Shown: piece by piece, positions 1 through 8,307 of the stretch | Layout of the letters: every line of letters begins with the position of its first letter | Numbering within the stretch: position 1 is the stretch's first letter | DNA from: Prasinococcaceae sp. CCMP 1430 | Lineage: Eukaryota > Plantae > Prasinodermophyta | Assembly: GCA_013416795.1 (NCBI GenBank) | Contig: RQSC01000028.1 | Coordinates: 831,826 to 842,139 of the forward strand | Direction: 5' to 3' | Length of the DNA stretch: 10,314 bases | Notes under the pieces: generated by a model | What the model was told of the DNA's origin: nothing | What the model saw: only the letters and a program-made list of their open reading frames with translations | The model's database searches: none | Program-made: the position numbers and the translations under genes

Positions 1-27
1 CGCGCGCGCGCGCGCGCGCGCGCGCGC
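1..27. repeat. (CG)n dinucleotide tract, cut by the window edge
   Basis: Pure cgcgcg... run from base 1. Confidence 0.9.
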
Positions 28-1351
28 CATTGAGGTCTGCGATTGTAGGGTTAGGTAATCTCGCTCAAGGGATGTCTTTTGACGTTTCGATGCGAGACAC
101 AAGGGCGCGAGGTTGAGGTTTCGCCGGGCGCGCGCGTGCGCGCGCGCGCGCCCGCAGCAGCGGCGCGCGAACGTTTGGGGTCAAACCCAAACCCCAGCGC
201 ACCCGAGGCCAGTTGCGCGCACAAAACCGCGGGTGAACACCTCCAATCGAAATTATTCCGGTTTTGTTTATAGGATAACATCATTCGTTAAATACGGTCG
301 TGCACGTCTTTTTGCGCGCCTCCGCCCAGCCCCTCGCGGAGACCCTGCGGCGGATCCGCGCGATCGCGCCGTCCGGCGAGATCGCGCGATCCGACGCGCG
401 CGTTCGGAGCGCTCCCCCCGCCCGCCCGTCACCGAGGAATCCAAAGTCGAATGTAGATCAAATACCATCTTCTGATGCACATTGGATACTGCTTAGAAGT
501 GGAATAAACTGAGTGGATTCCGTGGAATCCGCGCGCGCGCCGAACGCGATCTTATCGCCATCGCGCCCCGGCGCGCCGCATCGGAGTCCGCCGCGCTCCG
601 CAGCTTTTCGGAGTTGTTTGCAGTATCCGCATCGTTTTGAGTACTCATAATATATGGTGTTGACATGGAATCCACGGAGTGAGGCGCCGAAGAAAGCGGA
701 ATCCGCGGCGGGCGCGGGCGGGGCGAGCGCGCGCGGGCGCGCGCGTGGCGTGACGCTGCGCACCGCTGGCGGGGCAGCGAGGCTGGGGTTGTTGCCCGGG
801 CGCAGGCTCGCGTTGGGGGAAGGGAGGAGAGCGTGATGGGAGAGCATGGGAGGGCCGACGAGCCACCCACAGACAGACGGCACCGCCGCGCGCCCTCCTC
901 GGTCGCAGGAGCGGCAGAGCTCGCTGGGTGGGCGCGGACCTACTACTACGTGCCGCGCGTGCGCTTCGCCCGGCTGTGGACCCGGCGGCCAGCGCTCTGT
1001 CGCTCGCTCGCCCGTGCTCACCTCGCTCGATCGTCGATCGATCGGCCGGCGACGAGGCGTGCAGCGCCACGCCACGACGATGCCACAGCCACACGGCCAG
1101 GGCCGCGTCGCTCTCTCTCGCGCGCCCTCGCTCGCTGCGCCGTCTCCCCCCGCCGGCCCGGCGGCGTCGAAAGCGTCAGTTTAGGTTGGAATGCGATGTA
1201 TGTCCATCCAAGGTCAGTTGTGCTGCGTTGTGCCGTACAAAGCGTTGTTGGGTTTTGGGTAGGGTTTATGTATACATCAAAATCGCATGCGTTGGCGGAG
1301 GGGACGTGGCGATGCCGTCCGGTGCCAAAAAAGAATGTGCCGCGCTGGTGG

Positions 1352-1356
1352 TTACA
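1352..1356 (-). promoter_or_regulatory. Putative UGUAA polyadenylation signal of the uS9m gene
   Basis: ttaca on + reads TGTAA on -, about 97 nt downstream of the TGA at 1454-1456. UGUAA is the established near-upstream poly(A) signal in Chlamydomonas and other chlorophytes. Confidence 0.55.
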
Positions 1357-1453
1357 GTCACGCGATGGAGCCCATCCACCCACCCGCGCGCCCGCCCGCC
1401 CGCCCGCCCGCGCGCCCAGCGCCCGCACGCCCACACACCGCCGCCCACCTAGC

Positions 1454-2762
1454 TCAGCGCTTCACCCATGTGGGGCTCTTGCGCGCCTTCACGCGGCCTG
1501 CCTTCTTGGGCTCGACGACGCGCGAGTCGCGCGTGAGCATCTTGCGGCGCTTGAGCACCCACCGAAAGAACCGAGGCTCGTACGCCGCGAGCGCGCGCGA
1601 GATGCCGTGGCGCACCGCGCCCGCCTGGCCGCTGTGGCCGCCGCCCCTCACCTTGGCGCGCACGTCGAACAGGCCGAGCGTGCGCGTGAACACAAAGGGC
1701 TGGAGCATGGCCGAGCGCAAGCTGAAGTCGCTGAAGTACTCGTCGTAGGGCACGCCGTTGACGGTGATGCTCGGACCGGCGTAGTCGGCCGCGTCCATGG
1801 ACTCGATGCTCGCAGCGGGCGTCAGGGTCACGGTGCAGGACGACGCCTTGCGGCGCCCGACGGCGTGCACGGAGCCGTCGGGGTTGACCTTCGCGTCGCG
1901 CTTCACCGTCACGGACTCGCCGAGCACCTTGACTGCCTCCTCGGTCAGCGGCACGTCCTTGAGCGCGAGCTCCAGCGGCGGGTACAGGCCGTGGCGCCGC
2001 AGCTTCTCGCCGAGCGTGGCGTTCGGTCGGTCGGCGCCGGGCAACATGGTCGAGTCAGCCGCGCGCCTCGCATCGAGCACGTCCAGGTCGTGCAGGAGGG
2101 CCTCCATGCCCATGGAGGCGCGTCCCGACGCGGTCAGCGCCTTGCGCTCCTCGCGCGTCTCGGCCTCGTCCTCGGGCGAGACGCCGGGCGCAGCCTCCAG
2201 CGGCGGGAGCAGCGAGAGCGACGGCACCGCGGACGACGCGTTGCCCGGTCCCACCAGCTCGAAGACGGCGTCGGAGAGCACGCGCATGCGCTCCGACTCG
2301 GCCTCCGCCCCTTCGGCGCTCTCGCCCGCGCCCTCGAGCGCCGCGAGCGCACCCATCGCCTCCGTGCGCATCTCGGCGGGCACGTTGGCGCGCACCCACG
2401 CCAGCAGCTGCCGCCCGATGAGACCGGGCCCCGCCAGCGCGTCGTACACGACCCAGCGTTGCACGATCGAGCGCGTGAGGCTGTCAACGTCGACCTCCTC
2501 GCCCACCAGCCCGCCGCTGACCGCCCAGCCGTGCGCCTCGGCGAACGCATCCCAGTCGAAGTCCTCGACGAAGTCCTGGAACGCGGCGGTCGCGCGCTGC
2601 GCGGCGCGCCGCCCCTCGAGCGTCGACCATTGCTCCGCGGCGCGCGCGGCCGCCTCAGCCTCGGCGGCGTAGAACTCGCCGGCGGTCGCCGACACCAGCT
2701 CGTTCGCGCCGCTCGCATCCCACGAGCGCGCGGCGAGCGTGCCCACGCCCTGCGTCTGCTGC

Positions 2763-2793
<31 letters not shown>

Positions 2794-2968
2794 CCCCCTC
2801 GTGCGGCCCCTGCTGCTCCGCGCCGCCCGCGCTCGCTGCGAAGCCCCTCCACGACGCGTCCGAGGGCGCGCCCGCCGCGGGGGCGCGTGGAGGGGGGCGC
2901 GCGCTGTGGCGCGGCGCGCGCCCGGCCTCGGCCTGCTGCGGCGCCTCCCCCGCGACGCCGGACCAACC
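1454..2968 (-). CDS. MRPS9: Mitochondrial ribosomal protein uS9 (S9 family) with long N-terminal extension; true start or first exon unresolved
   Basis: The C-terminal ~140 aa carry S9 motifs: GRRKAS, ITVNG, VRGGGHSGQAGAVRHGISRAL, LTRDSRVVEPKKAGRVKARKSPTWVKR*. The WVKR end is typical of mitochondrial S9. The ORF-track start at 2746 is GTG. By manual translation the frame stays open, with no ATG, up to an in-frame TAG at 2969-2971 that could be a 3' splice acceptor. Confidence 0.9.
2756..2791 (-). repeat. CAG/CAA trinucleotide repeat encoding Q12 in the uS9m reading frame
   Basis: The + strand ctg/ttg run gives 12 consecutive Gln codons in the frame of the S9 ORF. Confidence 0.8.
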
Positions 2969-3233
2969 CTACGTACTGGCACTGCCTCCGACAGGGTCCA
3001 ACCCCAAATACTCAACCCTAACTTCGGACGGTTTTTGCCCGGCTGCGCTGCCCAGAAGCGCGGCCGCACGTCAAAACGAACTTCGCGGGGGGCGTCGGAT
3101 GTTCGCCTTCAACGATCCGGTGGCGGCGCCCTATTGAAATGACATGCATCCGTCTGTCATCGAGGCCACGGGAGACTACTCCGAGCCCAAATCTCGTCGC
3201 TAACATGCATTTCACATCAAAACGTACGCAGGT

Positions 3234-3275
3234 CCTAAACCCTACACCCTGAACCCCTAAACCCCTAAACCCTAA
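3234..3275 (+). repeat. Degenerate interstitial telomere-like repeat / telo-box cluster (CCCTAAA-type, ~6 units)
   Basis: cctaaa-ccctaca-ccctgaa-cccctaaa-cccctaaa-ccctaa, containing AAACCCTA at 3237-3244 and 3267-3274. Confidence 0.7.
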
Positions 3276-3517
3276 CGCAGCACAAAACGTGTTCTCTGTG
3301 GGGCGTCCGATGCGGCGTTCGCGCAAAAAAAAAACGGAAAAAGAAAGGCATAAATAAAAAACAAAAAGCGGTCGCAGGTAAAAAAGCATTCGTTTGTGCG
3401 CGCCTCATATGAAAACGAAGGCGGGGGGTTGCGGGAGGGCTGCGCGCAGGCGGCGGCTGGCGGCCGCGCGGGGGCTGCGGGGGCGCCACACCACGCGGCG
3501 CGGCGCGGCGGCGCACT

Positions 3518-3680
3518 CAATTAACTTTTTCATATGCGCAAAAAAGTGGATTAATTTTAAAGACAAATATAACTAAAAATAAGAAATTCGTAGATAAAAC
3601 TACAAATTATTTATTATATTTAACATCTAAGAATATTCATACGTTTTATACAAAAAATTCAACTTATTATCCACTAAATG
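3518..3680. promoter_or_regulatory. Strongly AT-rich island in the divergent intergenic region (probable promoter or nucleosome-depleted region)
   Basis: Abrupt shift from GC-rich to A/T-dominated sequence just upstream of the methyltransferase ORF. A second A-rich patch lies at 3325-3385. Confidence 0.5.
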
Positions 3681-6680
3681 CTTCATATCGACAAGGTGAT
3701 CGGGCGGCTTCGAAGCGCCGCGGGCGCCATCGAGGCGCGGCGCGGCGCCGCGGCGATGGCCGGCGGCGCTGCGCAGCAGAAACGAGCGGCGGCGGCGATG
3801 AGCAGGGCGGAGGAGAAGGACCGAGCGGCCAATGGCGCGCCGGGCAAGTCCAGGAAGGTGACGGACATTGTCGCCACCATGGCGACATTGCACGCGAAGA
3901 ACGGCATGCCTCCGCCGGGCGGCAAGGCCGCCGCGCAGCCGGCGGCCGCGGCGCCCAAGGCGGCGGCGGGGAGGTCGGCGAGGGGACCGCAGACGGAGGC
4001 CTTCGCGGAGTACTACCGCGCGCAGAAGATCGTGCCCGAGGCCGACTGGGCGACGTTCGAGGCGGCGCTGCGGCGACCGCTGCCGGTGACGTTCCGCATG
4101 AACTCGACGGCGGCGGCCGCCGCCGCGGTCGAGGCGGCCCTCCAGGAGGCGCGGGCGTTCCTGCGGCCGACCGTGCCGAAGAACGGGGGCGCGTACGCCT
4201 ACACGGACTTCGGACGGCCGGTCGACGCGCCGTTCGAGCTGCCGTGGTGCCGCGGCTGGCAGCTCGGCCTCGACTCGGGCGCGCTCAAGTTCTCCAACGA
4301 CCCGGTGCTGCGGGAGACGCGCGACTGGCTCGTGCGCAACGGCGCCATCGGGCTCCTCATCCGCCAGGCGGTCGACAGCATGCTGCCAGTCGCGTTGCTG
4401 GACGTGCAGCCAGACGACGTGGTGCTGGACATGTGCGCGAGCCCGGGCTCGAAGACGACGCAGTGCGTGGAGGCGCTGTTCGCCAAGGGCGGGGTGGAGC
4501 CCACCGGCTTCGTGGTGGCCAACGACGTGTCGCCGGCGCGCGCGTACACGCTCGTGCGGCGCTGCGACGCGCTCGGCGCCGCCGCGGCGCGGCTGGCGAT
4601 CGTCTCGCACCCGGGCCAGTCGCTGCCCGCGCTCACCCACGGATGCGATGGCGGCGGCGGGCGGCGGAAGCGCCTCGTCACCAAGATCTGCTGCGATGTG
4701 CCGTGCTGCGGCGACGGCACGCTGCGCAAGAACCCCGAGATCTGGCAGCGCTGGGCGCCCACCTTCGGCAAAAGCCTGCACTCGCTGCAGCTCCAGATCG
4801 CGCTGCGCGGGCTGTCGCTCTTGGCGGTCGGTGGCACAATGAGCTACTCCACGTGCACCTTCAATCCCGTCGAGAACGAGGCGGTCGTCGCGGAGCTGCT
4901 CAGGCGCACGAGGGGCGCCGTCGAGCTCGTCGACGTCTCCGACAAGCTTCCGGAGCTGCCGAGGGACCCGGGGATCACCACGTGGAAGGTGCGTCTCGCG
5001 CCTCGCGCGCCCCGCGCCGCTCCCCGAGCGCTTGCCGCGCGCCGAGCCTGGCACACAGTGTGGATCCGCCGCCCCACCACCCATGGGCGGCGTCGATCAC
5101 ACCAGCTCTCAATCGCTGCCGACAGTGAGATGTCTGGTTGCGGGTGTATTTTGTGACCTATCCTTGCTGGCCCATTCTCATGGCGTGCAATGTGTTAGAA
5201 GTTCCATGTCTGCCCGTACAGTTTGCTTTCTTGTCTTCTTTCGCGACCGCCAGCCATGTGTGCTGTGATCGCCCGACCGTTCGGCGGCTGACCCCTCGCG
5301 CGGCGCTACTGTGCTGGGAATTGCCCTCGCTGTGGCGCGCTTGCACGCACGCGGATGCCCCGCGCAGGTGTGCGGGGACGACATGCGCTGGTTGGACACG
5401 TACGAAGACTCGCAGGCGATCAAGAACAAGAAGGAGCGCAGGCGCTTCAGGAAGTCAATGTGGCCTCCGAACGCGGGCGGCTACGCTGACGGCGACGGTG
5501 ACGCAGCCCGAGTACTGGACCAGCTGCACCGCTGCTGTCGCATTGTGCCGCACTACGCCGACACGGGCGGATTCTTCGTCGCGATCCTTAGAAAGGTTGC
5601 CCCCTTTCCCGAGGAGGACGGTGCGTGCTCAGCGCGTGCGCCCCCAGCTGCTGCCTCGTGGGCGAGCGTCGACGCCTCGTGCCTCGCGCGCCCCGCGCCG
5701 CTCCCCGAGCACTTGCCGCGCGCCGAGCCTGGCACACAGTGTGGATCCGCCGCCCCATCACCCATGGGCGGCGTCGATCACACCAGCTCTCAATCGCTGC
5801 CGACAGTGAGATGTCTGGTTGCGGGTGTATTTTGTGACCTATCCTTGCTGGCCCATTCTCATGGCGTGCAATGTGTTAGAAGTTCCATGTCTGCCCGTAC
5901 AGTTTGCTTTCTTGTCTTCTTTCGCGACCGCCAGCCATGTGTGCTGTGATCGCCCGATCGTTCGGCGGCTGACCCCCATTGTGATGCGCGCACGCAGTTG
6001 CCGATGGCGCTGGCGCCCAGGGAGGCAGCGATGCCCAGCCCGCGATGACGGGCCGGCCGGTCGCCACCCGCGCAGAGAAGGAGTTCCGCGCGCGTCAGCT
6101 GAGCGGCGACGCGCTTGAGTCGGTGCGCGCGTCGCTCGGCGCACGGAGCAAGCCCTTCGCTGCCGACGTCGCCCCGAGCTTGTTGGTGCGCGCGGATGAG
6201 CTGCCGTCGCCGGTGTGGTACGCCGCGCCGGAGCTCGCGCCGCTGATCAGGTCGCGCCTGCACGTCGTGCGCGGCGGCGTCAAGGTGCTAGTGCCTGGCT
6301 ACACCTCGGCGAAGAGCCGCAAGCTGAGCGCGCTCGGTGCCCCACTGCCACCGATGGAGTTGACGGCAGAGGGTGCGACACTGCTGGCGCCGCAGTGCTC
6401 GCGTCGCTCGGCGGACGCCAGCAGCGGCGACGCCCGCCTGCTGCTCGCGAAGCCCAACGCGACGGTGGCGCTCAAGTCGCTGTCGTCTGTGCTGCGAAAG
6501 GAACTCAAGAAGCTCGAGCCAGGCGCCGTGGTGGTGACCGTCCCCACCACCAAGGGGAGGGCGCCCATGTCCGGCGTGCTGTCCACCGACGGCCTCTGCA
6601 TACGCTTCCACGCCAGCCGCGGCAGGGAGCATGGCCCGAAGGCCGCGTGCGCCGCCGTCCTCAAGACGCTGGCCGAGTGA
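3678..6680 (+). CDS. NSUN2: NOL1/NOP2/Sun-family RNA cytosine-C5 methyltransferase, NSUN2/Trm4-like; exons 3678..4988, 5368..5620, 5998..6680 (748 aa from ATG 3678; alternative starts 3756 or 3798)
   Basis: Motifs: LRRPLPVTFR, VLDMCASPGSKT (SAM binding), VANDV, CDVPCCGDGTLRK (motif IV Cys), YSTCTFNPVENEAVV (motif VI catalytic Cys), and RIVPHYADTGGFFVAILRK in exon 2. Splicing joins three ORF-track frames into one ORF, and the junction PGITTWK|VCGDDMRW resembles the NSUN2/Trm4 PG.t.WKV segment. Confidence 0.9.
4989..5367 (+). other. Spliceosomal intron 1 of the methyltransferase gene (379 nt, phase 0)
   Basis: AAG|GTGCGT ... GGCTGACC (branch A 5291) ... CGCGCAG|GTG. There is no AG between the branch point and the acceptor, and removal restores the frame. 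Confidence 0.88.
4992..5295 (+). repeat. 304-bp intronic repeat, copy 1 (candidate introner or intron-borne element)
   Basis: Aligns without gaps to 5673..5976 (offset 681) with 5 substitutions, at 4994, 4999, 5030, 5077 and 5277. Confidence 0.95.
5621..5997 (+). other. Spliceosomal intron 2 of the methyltransferase gene (377 nt, phase 1)
   Basis: GACG|GTGCGT ... GGCTGACC (branch A 5972) ... CACGCAG|TT. Removal joins exon 2 in frame to the 6045..6680 ORF. Confidence 0.85.
5673..5976 (+). repeat. 304-bp intronic repeat, copy 2
   Basis: Direct repeat of 4992..5295, ~98% identical. Confidence 0.95.
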
Positions 6681-6753
6681 AAGCGCGAGCGAGCGAGCGC
6701 CTCCCTGTATCCTGTGTAGAACTAGCCGGGTCCTCTCGAGGGGGCCCAGGTGC

Positions 6754-6758
6754 TGTAA
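6754..6758 (+). promoter_or_regulatory. Putative UGUAA polyadenylation signal of the methyltransferase gene
   Basis: TGTAA 73 nt after the TGA ending at 6680. Confidence 0.55.
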
Positions 6759-7092
6759 CATCGCCGTGTACACTGCCCCCCGACTCTCGCCTCCTCGCCT
6801 CCGCCCGCCCGCCGGCCGGACCCCTGCGTGCAACACTCGGATATTTTCCCTTTGCTTTTGACCAAGCCTATTTGAAGTGTTTGTCCTCTGATTTTGATGG
6901 CAGGGCGGCGGCGCGCTCGCGCGGTCACTGTGTGCGCGCGGGGCGGCGGAGGCGGGGGCACCCCTCGCTCGCCCCCCTCCCCCTCCCCCCAGCCCACGCC
7001 CGCAAGCGCGTCCACAGGCACGCGGCTGGTCGCCTTACGTCGCTCCTTTTGCCCCCCGCCCCTCTGCTGAGTCCTCGCCGGCCAGAGCGCCG

Positions 7093-8163
7093 ATGGTAAG
7101 CTCCTGTCGCCCGCGGTGTAGCGCACGGCGAGCCTCCCGTCGTGAGCTCCTCCAGCCGTTCGCATGTAGCAGCGCGGCGCGCGGCGCCCCCACCACCGCC
7201 AGCCCCCACCTGCCCTGCCGCTGCTGCCGCCGCGACGACGTCGGTGGGGCCCAAGGCATCATGGTGCCACCCTCCGCCTTCTCCGCACCCCACGCGAACT
7301 CGCTCGAGTTGCTCGTGGGCTGCGCGCACGGTGACGGCGCGCGCAGCGGCAGATCCGGTGAAGCGCGTGCGCTCGGTGTCCCCCGGCCTGGCTCCCGGCT
7401 CGCACGCCACGCGCAGGGCGTACGGGGTCGGCGCGGGCAGCAAGGGGTGCGAGTTTAAGGAGCGCCGCGTGCTGCGGTACACCCCGGAGCAGCTGTACGA
7501 CGTGGTCGCCGACGTGGACCAATACCCGCGCTTCGTGCCGTGGTGCACCGGCTGCAAGATCAGGTCACGCTCGGCCGACGGGTGCAAGATGGACGCCGAG
7601 CTCGAGATCGGCTTCCGGCTGCTCAACGAGCGCTACACGAGCCACGTGGTGATGGACCGCCCGCACAGGGTACACACCTCCACCAGCGCGTCTGCCCTCT
7701 TCGACAAGCTCGACTGCAAGTGGGAGTTCTCCCCTGGGCCGTCCCCGGGCACCACCACGCTCGACTTTGCCCTCGACTTCGGCTTCTCCTCGCCGCTGTA
7801 CAACAGCGTGGCGACGGTCTTCTTCGACGAGGTGGTGGCAAGGTGCGCGCGCGACACGCGAGCACCTGCGCCCCACACGCACGCCAGGAGCCATGCCGCT
7901 CGCCCGCGATGCTGACCGGCGCCGCGACCACGCGTCTGCTCGCGCACATTCCCGTCCGCGCGTTGTGCCTACCCAGGATGGTCGGGGCGTTCGAGAAGCG
8001 ATGCGAGGAGGTCTATGGGCCTCCTTCATCCGACGCGAGCCCTGCTCTACTGGGGGGGCGCAGCCAGCGCGCGAGCGCGCAGCAGTCTCCACACGCGAAA
8101 CCGCAGGCGGGGTCCGGCGACGGGGACGATGGAAAGGACCCCGACGCATGGAACGTGCTGTGA
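7093..8163 (+). CDS. COQ10: Coenzyme Q-binding protein COQ10 (START/polyketide cyclase fold), mitochondrial; conserved part ~7450..7842 plus 7977..8163; start tentative
   Basis: ERRVLRYTPEQLYDVVADVDQYPRFVPWC ... AELEIGFRLLNERYTSHV ... LFDKLDCKWEFSPGP ... FGFSSPLY. After splicing the sequence reads FFDEVVAR|MVGAFEKRCEEVYGP, the typical COQ10 C-terminal helix. There is no in-frame ATG upstream of the domain. ATG 7093 is followed directly by a donor-like GTAAG, so a further 5' intron is likely, but I could not place its acceptor. Confidence 0.88.
7843..7976 (+). other. Spliceosomal intron in COQ10 (134 nt, phase 2)
   Basis: CAAG|GTGCGC ... GCTGACC (7911-7917) ... CCCAG|GATG. The sequence is AG-free from branch point to acceptor, and removal restores the conserved protein sequence. 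Confidence 0.88.
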
Positions 8164-8307
8164 CGCGCGCGCGGCGCTCGGTCGTCTCTAATATGTGCCG
8201 TCGCGACCTGTGTTTCACCGCCCACGAGCAGCGCGCTCCCACCGCGCGGCGCCCTGGCCATGCGCTCGTGCGTGCGCGACGACATGCTCGCATGCAATGC
8301 CACGAAT

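Noticed and set aside
51-1200. Numerous short ORFs and CG-run palindromes (e.g. 124-153, 725-745)
   Set aside because: Low-complexity sequence with no protein motifs. The self-complementarity follows trivially from (CG)n.
833-3142. 769-aa plus-strand ORF and other long ORFs overlapping uS9m
   Set aside because: Antisense or alternative-frame shadows of a GC-rich coding region. They are Arg/Ala-rich with no recognisable motif.
3234-3275. True telomere or CRISPR-like array
   Set aside because: The array is short, degenerate and internal between genes, with no spacers, and the context is eukaryotic.
3627-5128. 485-aa minus-strand ORF and 294-aa alternative-frame ORF over the methyltransferase
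   Set aside because: Shadow ORFs caused by stop-codon scarcity at high GC3.
5099-5291. Box H/ACA or C/D snoRNA call for the intronic repeat (ACACCA after the first hairpin, terminal CTGA)
   Set aside because: There is no properly placed ACA tail or RTGATGA box C, and the CTGA is better explained as part of the branch point. Left open only as a generic structured-RNA hypothesis.
5032-6144. Duplicated short ORFs (e.g. ...SSQSLPTVRCLVAGVFCDL...) suggesting a repeated peptide or an element-encoded protein
   Set aside because: They are translations of the intronic repeat and show no transposase, reverse transcriptase or endonuclease motif.
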